64,000 nt of DNA, from positions 128,001 to 192,000 of the IMG/VR virus record IMGVR_UViG_3300020048_000009; one strand, 5' to 3'. The translations under genes and the position numbers were made by a program. Shown here piece after piece: positions 47,519-58,023 of this stretch (position 1 is the stretch's first letter; every line of letters begins with the position of its first letter). Source of the DNA: a virus (taxonomy: Duplodnaviria > Caudoviricetes). Under the pieces are notes generated by a model. It ran no database searches. It was not told the DNA's origin and worked only from the letters and a program-made list of their open reading frames with translations.

Positions 47519-48445
47519 TTAAAATGGCATTTCTTCTTCTTTTAATAATTTTTCTGATTCGGTTATTACTAATTGTTGTAAATCAGTAGGGATATTATCA
47601 AAATTAATAATCTTGTTATTAATTACGAATTGTTTTTTAGCAGCAGCATCTGCATTTAGTCTTGCTTTTAATGATTCAGTATCTAATACATATTTCATAG
47701 CAGTTTGATAACCGCATCTAGGAAATACTTGATTGATATTATCACTATCATCACCCATTAGAATTTTAGCAAAAAGATATTGTTTTGCCGATACTGGATT
47801 TTTCTTATATTCTTCTGGTAGAACTTCTACACCTTCTAAATTAAACATTCTAGCATTATAATCATCTCGTAATTGTAGAAAGTCTTGATCGGATGCTATA
47901 ATGATTTTATTTTTTATTTTAGAATTTTTACACATTGAAGCAATAACATCATCACCTTCAGCATCTGCAACTCGAAGTGTATGGATTTTAAAATATTCTT
48001 CTAGATTCAATTTTGGAAAAAGAACATCTTGAGCATAATTGAAAGCATTTTTAACTTTAAATTTATGTTTAACAAGTTTACGATGAGCTTTATACTCTTG
48101 ATAATATTGCATTCTCCAGTTTGTTTTTAATGGAGAATCCTGACATAGAAATGTAGTAGTACGAATTGTATCAAATTGATTAAAAATTTTATTCTTTAGA
48201 ATCCAATTAATACTGTCAATACGTTTTAATAAATATTCCGCATATATACGAGTATAATCATCACATGTCGTTAAATCGGGTAAATCATCATATGGTATAT
48301 CTTTATAATTTTCAGAAATTAATATTTTATTCTCTGAGGTTTTAAACCATTCATTATATGCTCCATGTAATGAATAATATATTAAATAAGAACAATCAAT
48401 TAAAACTAAACATTCTCTATCAAAACAATCTTTTTCATCTAACAT
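47519..48445 (-). CDS. 5'-3' exonuclease / T4 RNase H-like
   Basis: LIDCSY, YKAHR, AEGDDVIA, ASDQDFLQL, LMGDDSDNI. Confidence 0.9.
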   Translation of the reverse strand: MLDEKDCFDRECLVLIDCSYLIYYSLHGAYNEWFKTSENKILISENYKDIPYDDLPDLTTCDDYTRIYAEYLLKRIDSINWILKNKIFNQFDTIRTTTFLCQDSPLKTNWRMQYYQEYKAHRKLVKHKFKVKNAFNYAQDVLFPKLNLEEYFKIHTLRVADAEGDDVIASMCKNSKIKNKIIIASDQDFLQLRDDYNARMFNLEGVEVLPEEYKKNPVSAKQYLFAKILMGDDSDNINQVFPRCGYQTAMKYVLDTESLKARLNADAAAKKQFVINNKIINFDNIPTDLQQLVITESEKLLKEEEMPF

Positions 48446-48477
48446 ATCAAAATATCCTTTTAATAAATTATACGAAA

Positions 48478-48505
48478 AAGCTGTTAATAATTAAATTAAC
48501 AGCTT
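48478..48505. terminator. Intrinsic terminator-like hairpin
   Basis: AAGCTGTTAAT-AATTAA-ATTAACAGCTT with flanking A run. Confidence 0.6.
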
Positions 48506-48544
48506 AAGTTTTATACATGTTTAATTACTTTATTGGTATAAATT

Positions 48545-48766
48545 CTATGTTATATTAGGTTTAAATTCACCACAATAATCTAATTCAGGCATTGCTATAA
48601 TGGGATATACAGTTTTTGCAAATGTTGTTTTATATCCTGTTAATTCATTGAAACTATTACCTGATGGTATTGTTATAGGTGGGAATCGTCTACAAAATTT
48701 ATTTCTATTATCAAAAAAATCACAATTTATACATTTAGCGGTCATATTATTCCTTATTTTTATCAT
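48545..48766 (-). CDS. Cys-rich hypothetical protein
   Basis: CINC..CRRFPP..YP..CGEFK; ends in TAG. Confidence 0.6.
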   Translation of the reverse strand: MIKIRNNMTAKCINCDFFDNRNKFCRRFPPITIPSGNSFNELTGYKTTFAKTVYPIIAMPELDYCGEFKPNIT

Positions 48767-49106
48767 CTATGGATTGTAAATATCCAGTGATATTTAATTT
48801 ACTAAAATTATTTTGAACATCATTTATATCAATACAATAGCCAGTTTTTAATAAGAAATCTATTAAATTTTGATCTGCGCCTTTTAATGTAACTTTATTT
48901 TTTAGTTTATCAAATTCTATAATATTAACATTATATTTTTCGGCGTCGGCTCTTAAATTAATCTCGTTTAAACTTTTTTCATCTTTATCTAGAAGTGAAT
49001 AATTTAATATTATCTCGTTTTGTACTTGTGCTTCATCTTCCGCTACAATATTTTTATTAGATAATTCTTTAACAGATTCATTATATATTTTTTTAAATTT
49101 TATCAT
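48747..49106 (-). CDS. Hypothetical protein, candidate internal head protein
   Basis: Leader MIKFKKIYNE. Confidence 0.55.
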   Translation of the reverse strand: MIKFKKIYNESVKELSNKNIVAEDEAQVQNEIILNYSLLDKDEKSLNEINLRADAEKYNVNIIEFDKLKNKVTLKGADQNLIDFLLKTGYCIDINDVQNNFSKLNITGYLQSIDDKNKE

Positions 49107-49109
49107 ACT

Positions 49110-50294
49110 TTAACCTATTGCTATATTTGAAGAACATTTAGGATTCTTATTATTTTCTAATCTATAAACTAATTTTATTTTTAATTTACTATTGCTAAAT
49201 GCTTTTATTTCTTTTATTTTTGGTTCTTGTAATTCTGGTTTAGACCAATCAGGTTCTTGTATACATAATAGAGTATAATATAATGCTTTGGCTATTTTTG
49301 GCGTTAGGGTTTGAACATCTGCAAGGGTTGGGTCATATCCAAATTTAGAGAAATCAGGCGCGCCTAAATCTATACTAATTCCCAATTCTTCAAAATGGAT
49401 AATTCGTTTAGCTTTAGCATTTTTATCAACAGTTGGATCTTTTTTACCTATAACATATCCCTTATTAATTTTATTAAATATAGCAATAGTTTCTGGTGGA
49501 ATATTTGTTGGATTTTTTATTAAAGAATCAATTACAGCTTTAGTATTATCATTATATGAAAGCTCTTTATATATTTTATTAAACTCATCCCATCTTAATG
49601 TAGAATTAAAAGCTTTTATTACATTAGAACCAAATGCTTCTATGTCTACTTTATATTTTTTTAATATATTTATAAAACCTTTAATAAATTCAGAATTATT
49701 AAAATTTTTGCTTAATAAAACAGCAAATGATAAAATATCAATATTAGCTTTTGGTATTAGTTGTGATAACAATACTGTAACATCACCAGTATACCCTGTT
49801 ATAAATTCTTCTATTAACTTACCAGTATCATTACCCTTTATAAAACCATCTATTGCTGGAAAAAATATTGGAACGTTATTATATCCCTTACCATTTGATT
49901 GAGCGGTATAATCAACTGTTAATTTTGTCTTAGGTTCAATGTCTTTAATTAATGAAAGTAATTCATCTATTTTTTTATTAAAAGCAGCCTTATAAATTTT
50001 CTTAGGGAAATTTATATCTTTAATTCTTGCTGCAACATCTTTAACATTTTCAATGCCTTTGCCAATAGCAGTTGCAGCTTTTTGTAAACCTGGGTGTAAT
50101 TCGTTATATGCTTGATTTTTTACAGCAGTCCAAGCGGCTTTTCCTGTTTTAGCAGCAGCACGTTTAAACATGTCTTTAAATGATGAAGCATTTTTAACAT
50201 CTTTAGCCTTATTAATAGCTGCATCAGTAGCAACAGGCTCTTGTTCTACTATAAAACTCTCATTATAAAATTGTTTAAAATTATTGATTTTCAT
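49110..50294 (-). CDS. Hypothetical protein, candidate internal head protein
   Basis: Late motif upstream; leader MKINNFKQFYNESFIVE. Confidence 0.65.
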   Translation of the reverse strand: MKINNFKQFYNESFIVEQEPVATDAAINKAKDVKNASSFKDMFKRAAAKTGKAAWTAVKNQAYNELHPGLQKAATAIGKGIENVKDVAARIKDINFPKKIYKAAFNKKIDELLSLIKDIEPKTKLTVDYTAQSNGKGYNNVPIFFPAIDGFIKGNDTGKLIEEFITGYTGDVTVLLSQLIPKANIDILSFAVLLSKNFNNSEFIKGFINILKKYKVDIEAFGSNVIKAFNSTLRWDEFNKIYKELSYNDNTKAVIDSLIKNPTNIPPETIAIFNKINKGYVIGKKDPTVDKNAKAKRIIHFEELGISIDLGAPDFSKFGYDPTLADVQTLTPKIAKALYYTLLCIQEPDWSKPELQEPKIKEIKAFSNSKLKIKLVYRLENNKNPKCSSNIAIG

Positions 50295-50306
50295 TTAATT
50301 TATTTA

Positions 50307-50888
50307 TTACAATTTATTTATTTTTTCTATAGTAAAATGAGAATAACACAATGTAAAAGAATGTTTTATAGGAGATGGTTCATTTTGATAGTCTAGTGAC
50401 AATTCACTAAAACGTTTAATCCATGCATTATTATATGTAACTTTTAGTATTGGTTTTTTATATGAATCTATTAAAATAGCAAAAACGGGTAAAACATTAT
50501 ATATTTTGGGTTTAGGTAAAGACTTTAATGGATTAATAGTACTAACAGGATTAGTAGGTGTTAAATCTTCTATTTTATTCATTATATTAGCCCATTGATA
50601 CAAATAAAAATAATTTGTCCAATCTTCATTAACTAAATAGCTTAATGTAATATTACGGTCTGTTTGTTGAGTAACATGTGTTGGAACTTCAATGGTTACG
50701 CCTTTAAATGATGTAGATGCTCCACCTATAGTAACTTCTGGTATTACAAAATCTGTAAATGGAAAAATAATATCATCGAATGTTGAAGAAAGCATTGATA
50801 AAGGAACATCTGCTATCCATTTATTTTTGACACTATATGTGTCAATATATTTTAATAGAGATTCTGCTTGATAACTTGTATTTTCCAT
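50307..50888 (-). CDS. T4 gp3/gp19-like tail tube-family protein
   Basis: VIPEVTIG..IEVP..ITLSYLVNEDWTNYFYLYQW; adjacent to neck gene. Confidence 0.7.
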   Translation of the reverse strand: MENTSYQAESLLKYIDTYSVKNKWIADVPLSMLSSTFDDIIFPFTDFVIPEVTIGGASTSFKGVTIEVPTHVTQQTDRNITLSYLVNEDWTNYFYLYQWANIMNKIEDLTPTNPVSTINPLKSLPKPKIYNVLPVFAILIDSYKKPILKVTYNNAWIKRFSELSLDYQNEPSPIKHSFTLCYSHFTIEKINKL

Positions 50889-50892
50889 AATG

Positions 50893-51690
50893 TTATCCTA
50901 TAAACCAGCCACCAGGCATCGCTTCGTCTTTTTTAATTGATTCTTGAAGTTTTTCTAATTCTGATCTTCCTTCATCACCAATTGTTTGATCTATATGCGA
51001 ACCGCCTGGAAGCGTTACATTTGTAAATTTCTTACGTATATTTCCTAATGTTATTTTAGCATATGCTAAACAGAATCTTTTTACATATTCATTACCATAA
51101 AGTTGACTATCTGGTGGAACTACTTCTGCTTGAACACACGTCCAACCTGAAGCACGACCCGCTAAAACAGGATTTGGAAATAATTGCAATCTTTGTGTTA
51201 TATTATCAAATAAAAAGTCATATTCAGAACACATCATTCTACGTGAAAGTTTTACAAACTCTGTAACGGCCTGAAATGTTGTCCAACCTCCAGAACGTGA
51301 AACAGATGAATTAAAAAATGGGTAACTGCCATTTGCCAACATTGCGTTACCAACACCCCATAAAGTATCGCCGCCTGTCATACTGAACTGATCACCTGTT
51401 GCGATAGAATAGATTGCAGCGGCTCTAAATGGAGACGTATCAAAGCCTTCGGGTGTACCTTCTTCCTCATCAGCGCATGGATAGGTTGCTAAATCGAAAG
51501 CAATATAGCGCATTGGGAGCTGTGCCCATTTAGTCCATATTAATGTTGCATCATTAATAGCATCATCTAAATGTTCTTCGGTTAATTCAACCGTAACCAT
51601 CGGAAATCCCAATTTTCGCATAATCCATTTCTTTAGATCAGCGCGGGTTTTTATTTTTTGATTTATATATGTTAAAGCTGTAGGTTCCAT
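50893..51690 (-). CDS. T4 gp13-like neck protein
   Basis: LKKWIMRKLGFPMVTVEL, VKRFCLAYAKITLGNIRKKF..LPGG..G. Confidence 0.85.
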   Translation of the reverse strand: MEPTALTYINQKIKTRADLKKWIMRKLGFPMVTVELTEEHLDDAINDATLIWTKWAQLPMRYIAFDLATYPCADEEEGTPEGFDTSPFRAAAIYSIATGDQFSMTGGDTLWGVGNAMLANGSYPFFNSSVSRSGGWTTFQAVTEFVKLSRRMMCSEYDFLFDNITQRLQLFPNPVLAGRASGWTCVQAEVVPPDSQLYGNEYVKRFCLAYAKITLGNIRKKFTNVTLPGGSHIDQTIGDEGRSELEKLQESIKKDEAMPGGWFIG

Positions 51691-51744
51691 AATAAGAATA
51701 TTCTAAACTTTTTATTTATTTATTAAAAATTCTATTAAAATAAA

Positions 51745-51776
51745 AAAGGTTTAAGATATTACTCTTAAACCTTTTC
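51745..51776. terminator. Intrinsic terminator
   Basis: AAAAGGTTTAAGA-TATTAC-TCTTAAACCTTTT. Confidence 0.7.
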
Positions 51777-51796
51777 TCTAATTAAATTTTTATTAA

Positions 51797-52423
51797 TTAT
51801 CTATTTTCGTCATCAGATGTTTCTGAATTATCAGGAATAGTATCTAAATCTGTAGGAAGGTCGCCATCAGGATTTCCTTCAGGATCTCCCTCTGGGGTGC
51901 CTTCTGCATCAGGGTCTGCATCAGGATTTAATTCATTTTCTAATGATTCGGCATCTTCACCCATTGCAGATAAAATCTTCTGTGTCATAGATTTAATAAT
52001 ATCTAATGCCGTAACATTTTCATCATTATAATCTAATTCTTCAGGATTTTCTTCAGGATTTTCTGCATCAGGTTCACCCATAGGATCGCCTTCTTCTGGT
52101 GTATCAGCAGTTGGTTCTATATCTAAATCTGAAATAGTACCAGCATCACTATCTTCATCTTCACCTGCTTCTACAACACCAGTACATCCTGCTTTCTTAC
52201 ATAGAGTATCTTCTGCAGCAGAATCACCGCCCATAGCTTTTTCTAATAAACCCATGTCTTCAGTTTTAGTCGCATCCAAACCTATTTTTTTTACATAATC
52301 CTGTAGCTTAGGATCTTTATTCTTTAAATAAGCATCAATAGGTTTAACAACATTATCCACTAAATTGCCGTCTTCTTTTACCATTTTCTTCATTGCCATA
52401 ATAGTTTTCTCCAATAATTTCAA
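51797..52423 (-). CDS. Highly acidic low-complexity protein (possible prohead-core/internal protein)
   Basis: D/E/P-rich repeats; late motif upstream; start codon uncertain. Confidence 0.6.
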   Translation of the reverse strand: MKLLEKTIMAMKKMVKEDGNLVDNVVKPIDAYLKNKDPKLQDYVKKIGLDATKTEDMGLLEKAMGGDSAAEDTLCKKAGCTGVVEAGEDEDSDAGTISDLDIEPTADTPEEGDPMGEPDAENPEENPEELDYNDENVTALDIIKSMTQKILSAMGEDAESLENELNPDADPDAEGTPEGDPEGNPDGDLPTDLDTIPDNSETSDDENR

Positions 52424-52457
52424 TTATTTTATTTTATTTATTAAAAATGACAATAAT

Positions 52458-53057
52458 TTAAATCCATTTTATTATTGGATCTGCTTTATATCCCTTTTCC
52501 CATATAAACCAGGCATATGCAACAGCACTACCTTTCCCAAACTCTCCATTTTTAGCACATTCCTGTCTTTTACTGAATACATATATAGTTTTAGGCGGAT
52601 ATATATCAAAAAGTTTGCGTCTTTCTTGACCTTCTAAAAATGTTAACTTTAAAAACATTGCAACTCTATATCCAGGTTTTATTATATCTAGTGCCTTTTC
52701 CACAAATTCTTTAGCATATTTATATGGAGGATTTGTAATTATATCTATTTCTACACTATTAGATTCATTAGCTGTTTCTAAAAAATTTGCAACGCTTGTA
52801 AAATAAGTATAACCTCTATCTATTAAATCTGTCGATAAAACCTCATAACCATTTTCTAACAATATTGTTGAAATATGTCCAGCTCCACATGCACATTCCC
52901 ATATAGAAGAACTAAATTTTTCAACTTTTAATAATGCATTAACTGCATCTGGATCTGTTGCATAAAAATCATTAGTTTCGCGTTCTTCATCACAATGACT
53001 AGAAGAACCTAGTGTTTTAAAAACTGATTGCTTTGTACCGGTCCAATCTTTACTCAT
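52458..53057 (-). CDS. Amino (N6-adenine-type) DNA methyltransferase
   Basis: DFYATDP, WECACGAG, ITNPPY, FLEGQER. Confidence 0.85.
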   Translation of the reverse strand: MSKDWTGTKQSVFKTLGSSSHCDEERETNDFYATDPDAVNALLKVEKFSSSIWECACGAGHISTILLENGYEVLSTDLIDRGYTYFTSVANFLETANESNSVEIDIITNPPYKYAKEFVEKALDIIKPGYRVAMFLKLTFLEGQERRKLFDIYPPKTIYVFSKRQECAKNGEFGKGSAVAYAWFIWEKGYKADPIIKWI

Positions 53058-53060
53058 ATA

Positions 53061-53513
53061 TTAAACTAAACCTTTCTTTAATCTATGCATAGCAAGAGGC
53101 TTCATATTATTGGCGACTCTTTTAACTTCTCGAATTTCTCGAATAAAATCCCAAAGTTTAATTTTAGCCACATGTGGAATTGTTTCATCATCTTGAATCA
53201 TAATAGTTGATTCTAATTCTGCTAGACATACATTATCAATATTATCTTCTGTGGAAGTTGGATCTGGAATAGAATAATCTTTACTTTCAGTCGGAGTATC
53301 TGTTTTTTCAGGTTTTGGTATATCTTCTTTAAAAAGAGATTCCATTATTTGTTTTAGTGAAATTTGTTTTTCTTTACCGCATTTACCCTCTTCTCTAAAT
53401 GCTAAATTTCCGCCATTTTCATCTGGATAAAGAATAACATACATCCCCTTATTATTACTAGGATTGGATAAACCTGTTTCTCGAATTAATTCTTTTTCTA
53501 ATACCGTTGCCAT
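53061..53513 (-). CDS. Hypothetical protein
   Basis: AAGGA SD, promoter motif upstream. Confidence 0.6.
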   Translation of the reverse strand: MATVLEKELIRETGLSNPSNNKGMYVILYPDENGGNLAFREEGKCGKEKQISLKQIMESLFKEDIPKPEKTDTPTESKDYSIPDPTSTEDNIDNVCLAELESTIMIQDDETIPHVAKIKLWDFIREIREVKRVANNMKPLAMHRLKKGLV

Positions 53514-53568
53514 ATAGTTCCTTATTTTTAATAATTATAATATATGACTATTAAAAAATACACTATAT

Positions 53569-54228
53569 TTAAGTATTCATTTTGGATAAAATAAAAACAC
53601 AATTACCTTTTCCATCAGCATATGTCTGCCAATTATCTTTTAATCCTGATACATGTTGAATTTTTTTATCAGTATTCCAACCATAAGACTTAAATGTATT
53701 TTCCCACCATATTTCATCTTCTGCTATAAGATGTGATATTTCAATATGATATTCTTTTATTCTATATTTTCCATTATCACCCATTGGAATAACACACATT
53801 ATATTAGAACAAATTTTTGATATATTGTTTAACATTTTTTCTAATTGTTCTAATGTTAAATGTTCTAAAACGTCTTTAATTATAACATGTGTATATTTAT
53901 TAGTATTTGCAGCCCATGATAAATCTTTAGAACAATTCCAACATCCACTTGGAGCAAAAGATAAGGCATACTCACTTATATCACATCCATCTGCTTTAAT
54001 TTCTAATAATCTTAATGCTTTTACAATAAAACCTTTGGCACATCCAATATCTAATATATAACTATGTTCATTTAATTGCAATGTATCAATATATGCTAGT
54101 GCCTCTTTAATTGATCGAATTGGCATCCATTTATAATTAGATAACCAACCCTTTCCTGATTCTCTTCCACGTTCAAAATAATCAGCATCATAAAACTCAC
54201 CTGTAAACTCTTTAGACGAACTCGACAT
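53569..54228 (-). CDS. Class I SAM-dependent methyltransferase
   Basis: LDIGCAKG, GCDISEYA, DVLEH. Confidence 0.85.
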   Translation of the reverse strand: MSSSSKEFTGEFYDADYFERGRESGKGWLSNYKWMPIRSIKEALAYIDTLQLNEHSYILDIGCAKGFIVKALRLLEIKADGCDISEYALSFAPSGCWNCSKDLSWAANTNKYTHVIIKDVLEHLTLEQLEKMLNNISKICSNIMCVIPMGDNGKYRIKEYHIEISHLIAEDEIWWENTFKSYGWNTDKKIQHVSGLKDNWQTYADGKGNCVFILSKMNT

Positions 54229-55144
54229 CTTTAACTCCTTTTAATAAATTATGTATAAAATCATTATGTTCTTTACCACAATTACAAAAACTACAATTAT
54301 ATTTTAAATCATGTGGTGGATTATTTAAAAGCCATTGTTCTAAATCTTTAATTTTACATAAATTAAATTTTGATGGTATATATCCTTCATATTCAGGTGT
54401 TAATTGAATAGACGGGCACGGTAGAAAATTACCGTTCCAATCTATTGCCGCACGTATCCATGCCATATAACAACCCAATGGTTGACCAGTTGCTTTTTTT
54501 GAAAAAAATATAAAATCTAAATATTTAGAAACATAAGCGTTTATATCCGACTCTCTTTCTAATGTTGACGGGCGTTGCGCCGCAATTCTTACAATTATAT
54601 TTTTTTCTTTTGCCCATATATATAAATTATCAATTATATCTAATTTTTCAACATTTCCTATAATATAAGAAGTACTAATATTTATATTCTCTGGAATATT
54701 GCTTAACTTTAAATTATTTACGTGTGAAAGTGATTGTAAACTAATTCTTATCCATGCTAATTTAGATAAACTATTTTTTGAAATATTACATAAAGATAAC
54801 CCGTTAGTTATTAATGATATTTTTAATTTTTTATTACTTGCATAATCAATAGCTTCTTCGATGTGTGGCCATAATAATGGTTCGCCACCACCAGAAAATT
54901 CTATAGCCTTACACCCATATTTACTTAATATATTAATTGCTAATTTAAAATCATCTAATGATAATTCCTTTGTTTTATCCTTAATATTTTTACAACAACA
55001 ATAGCTACAATTACATTGGCATTTAATAGTTGGCCATATTGACACATGAATTGGTGCCACTGTTTTACTGTCACATATATTTTGTATGTGCTGTGTATGA
55101 TATATTAATTTATGTAATCCGACGGAATATCTATTAAAATCCAT
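54212..55144 (-). CDS. Radical SAM protein
   Basis: CQCNCSYC, FSGGGEPL, ITNG, C-terminal Cys. Confidence 0.85.
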   Translation of the reverse strand: MDFNRYSVGLHKLIYHTQHIQNICDSKTVAPIHVSIWPTIKCQCNCSYCCCKNIKDKTKELSLDDFKLAINILSKYGCKAIEFSGGGEPLLWPHIEEAIDYASNKKLKISLITNGLSLCNISKNSLSKLAWIRISLQSLSHVNNLKLSNIPENINISTSYIIGNVEKLDIIDNLYIWAKEKNIIVRIAAQRPSTLERESDINAYVSKYLDFIFFSKKATGQPLGCYMAWIRAAIDWNGNFLPCPSIQLTPEYEGYIPSKFNLCKIKDLEQWLLNNPPHDLKYNCSFCNCGKEHNDFIHNLLKGVKDVEFV

Positions 55145-55157
55145 AATAACCTTTATA

Positions 55158-55970
55158 CTAATTAAGTATTTCCCTTTTTAAATTTATCATACTATTATCT
55201 AACATAGTATATTTATTTAATATTTCATTTGTAAAAGACATAAAATCTGCAGGCCTAAATGTTTGTCCGTTAGAAGTTCCAGCACGATTAACTTTAAATT
55301 CTCTATCTTTAAATGATTGATGATAATAATGATATAATACCACTGATTTATTTGTATAAAAATCAGGAGTTAAAGCAGTAAATGCTGATGATACATGAAC
55401 TTTATCAAAAGTAAATGCAGACATACTACTATTAATAGATGGAATATGTGGATCCGTCCATATGGTATTATTATTTTTTGATAAATTAATAATACTTTTT
55501 ATAAATATATTATTTCCCCATGGTGTATGTAATGGCGATATATAATTAAAAGTATCTATTAAAGTAGTATTTCTATCTTGTATAATATCTGGCAAAGAAA
55601 TCATTTTCCAATACATACATAATATATTAACATCAACATTCAAAAGATTTTTTATATCTTTTTCGTTATTCATATACACATATTCATCATCATCAATAAA
55701 ACATAGCCATTTTGTATAAGGTGTTCTCTCTTTACAAAAATTAGAATATAGGTTATACATCGGACTAAAATTTTTAGAAAAACCATAATCTTCTTTTATT
55801 TCACGTACTTCTACTTTATCATTATTAAATAGATCTTTAATAGAATATGTACTATTATTATCAAATATTGTTATTTTATCAAAACCGATGGCTAAATGAT
55901 AGCTAACCCAATCTATTATATCCATTGGTCTATTATTTTTTGTTAAAACTGCTAATTCAATAGTATTCAT
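55158..55970 (-). CDS. GT2/GT92-like glycosyltransferase
   Basis: WVSYHLAIGFDKITIFDN, FIDDDEY, KSII, HYY; ends in TAG. Confidence 0.8.
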   Translation of the reverse strand: MNTIELAVLTKNNRPMDIIDWVSYHLAIGFDKITIFDNNSTYSIKDLFNNDKVEVREIKEDYGFSKNFSPMYNLYSNFCKERTPYTKWLCFIDDDEYVYMNNEKDIKNLLNVDVNILCMYWKMISLPDIIQDRNTTLIDTFNYISPLHTPWGNNIFIKSIINLSKNNNTIWTDPHIPSINSSMSAFTFDKVHVSSAFTALTPDFYTNKSVVLYHYYHQSFKDREFKVNRAGTSNGQTFRPADFMSFTNEILNKYTMLDNSMINLKREILN

Positions 55971-55974
55971 TTAA

Positions 55975-56529
55975 TTATTTATTTAAATTTAAAACAGTAA
56001 GTCCATTATTATTTTTAAATTCTTCTTTAATTGACCATTCTTTATGTTTATCTAAAAATTCTAAAATTGCAGGATATAATCCTTTATACTTTGGATCTTC
56101 TCCCGTATTTCTAAAGGTCATAGTGTCATGTAAAATAATATATTTATTACAATATTTACTAAACTTTTCTAATTCTTTTATTAATAAATCATAAATATGC
56201 CATGTATCAATAAAAACTAAATCATATGCCCTATCTAATTCTAATTCTAATTTTAAATCATCAGATTGAATAAATTTATAAATAATTTTTGTTTCAGATA
56301 TTTCTTTATATAATATTTCAAGTTTATCTGGGGGTGGCATATTAATATCACATGATAACATATATTCAGGGTTTCCTGCCAAAAATGCATATGTCGAAAC
56401 AATATTTCTAACTCCAAGCTCTAATACAGATTTACATCCCTCTGTATATTTTTTTAATATCGGTAAATGTTCATTTATATCAGAAGGTATTTTTACTAAT
56501 GTGTTATATTTTTCTAAAATCTTTTCCAT
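55975..56529 (-). CDS. SAM-dependent methyltransferase (Methyltransf_24-like)
   Basis: VLELGVR, LVFIDTWH, IILHD, NNNGLTVL. Confidence 0.8.
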   Translation of the reverse strand: MEKILEKYNTLVKIPSDINEHLPILKKYTEGCKSVLELGVRNIVSTYAFLAGNPEYMLSCDINMPPPDKLEILYKEISETKIIYKFIQSDDLKLELELDRAYDLVFIDTWHIYDLLIKELEKFSKYCNKYIILHDTMTFRNTGEDPKYKGLYPAILEFLDKHKEWSIKEEFKNNNGLTVLNLNK

Positions 56530-56533
56530 ATTC

Positions 56534-57226
56534 TTATTTTTCCTTTATTAAATTATATATATATTTCATAGCATTAATATCAAAAGATCTATCACCACTT
56601 CCAGATTTTAATCTAAAATGAAATGTATTATTTATATTTGTTTTATTTATAGTATTTAACATTTCATAATTATATGCATCCATACGCACTATATCATATA
56701 TTGGTATATTATTTTTTGAAACTAAAAATTCACTTATACTAACATCATCTAATGTTCTAATATTTATTTTTTGTAAATTATTTATAAGTAATTGTACTAA
56801 ATCTTTACTTATAACAAAACCTGAACCGGAAACAAATTTTACTTTAAAATTGGGATCAAATCCACTAGGTCCAGCTAAAAAATTAGTATTGGGTTTATCT
56901 TTAATATACCTATTTAATAATTCTAAATTAACATATGAACTGCTATTAGTTCTATAAATATGTGTAAAATTAAAATTATTATCTAATACGTATTTAAAAG
57001 CTAAAAGTGTTTTTAATGATACATTTTGTATTATATCTGGTGTATTTAAATATATGGTTTTATCGTCATTATACATATTAGGGCTATCACCAATATAATG
57101 AAAAACTTCTATATCTTCTTTTTGTTTTAATGAAATCCATGTATCTAATTGAGCCTTTTGCATAGAAATATATGGCTCTTTATTACACCCTAATATTAAA
57201 ACTAATATTTTATTCTGTTGTTCCAT
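56534..57226 (-). CDS. GT31/galactosyltransferase-like protein
   Basis: KTLLAF, RTNSSSY, SGSGF, DDV. Confidence 0.7.
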   Translation of the reverse strand: MEQQNKILVLILGCNKEPYISMQKAQLDTWISLKQKEDIEVFHYIGDSPNMYNDDKTIYLNTPDIIQNVSLKTLLAFKYVLDNNFNFTHIYRTNSSSYVNLELLNRYIKDKPNTNFLAGPSGFDPNFKVKFVSGSGFVISKDLVQLLINNLQKINIRTLDDVSISEFLVSKNNIPIYDIVRMDAYNYEMLNTINKTNINNTFHFRLKSGSGDRSFDINAMKYIYNLIKEK

Positions 57227-58022
57227 AAATCCTATTTTTCCAATATTCTGTACTAAGTTTAGTTAAACAATATTTAGTATCATCAAAATTATCCAAAAAT
57301 GATAATAACATATTATGATTTAAATCTGACCATTTATCTAAAACAATAAGGGGTAAATCTTTAAAAGATTCTGTTACATAATTTTTAGTAACAATAGGAA
57401 ATCTATCTAAATATAAAGTTTCCCACATACGATGAGTATCTATACCATTCCCCTCTGGACATAATATAAACATATGATCTATTATATCTGTTAAATAATT
57501 AGTATAATGTTCAAACTTTTGCTGAGTAACAATATTACTTATCTTATTTGTAAAATATAAATTCTCAGTCGACTTAAAACATTCTAAACGCGGTGTGCTA
57601 TTTGTAGAAACACTAAAATTGGCATAAATTAATTTAGGACAACTATTAAAATTAGGTATTTTATTAAATATTTTATTTTTAAGTTGTTCTTGTTTTTTTA
57701 ATTCGGGAAACCATCTTTTACGTTCTAATCCAATAGGAATACACGTCAATTTTTCATGATAACAATTAATATTTTGGCCATACCAATGAATTATTTTACT
57801 ATTAGGTGCAAAAACTTTATCAACTAAATCTTTTGTAATAGGTTTATCACCATTATGAGTAATAAGTACTTTAAAAGTAATTTTTGATAAATCTGTTTTA
57901 TTTAAAAAATTTTCTAATTCATCTATTTTTATATACTGTACACTTTCATTAGAAAGACTTTCAAAAAAATCACCATCAATAAATTGTTCTTCGTTTTTTA
58001 TTATATCTAAAGACGTAAGCAT
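57210..58022 (-). CDS. Exostosin/GT47-like glycosyltransferase
   Basis: IPIG, CPEGNGIDTHRMWETLY..PIV. Confidence 0.7.
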   Translation of the reverse strand: MLTSLDIIKNEEQFIDGDFFESLSNESVQYIKIDELENFLNKTDLSKITFKVLITHNGDKPITKDLVDKVFAPNSKIIHWYGQNINCYHEKLTCIPIGLERKRWFPELKKQEQLKNKIFNKIPNFNSCPKLIYANFSVSTNSTPRLECFKSTENLYFTNKISNIVTQQKFEHYTNYLTDIIDHMFILCPEGNGIDTHRMWETLYLDRFPIVTKNYVTESFKDLPLIVLDKWSDLNHNMLLSFLDNFDDTKYCLTKLSTEYWKNRIYGTTE

Positions 58023-58023
58023 A

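Noticed and set aside
17215-51530. Diversity-generating retroelement as the cause of the GC3 patches
   Set aside because: No reverse transcriptase or TR/VR pair is present, and the shift is at third positions with both C- and G-ending codons rather than adenine-specific.
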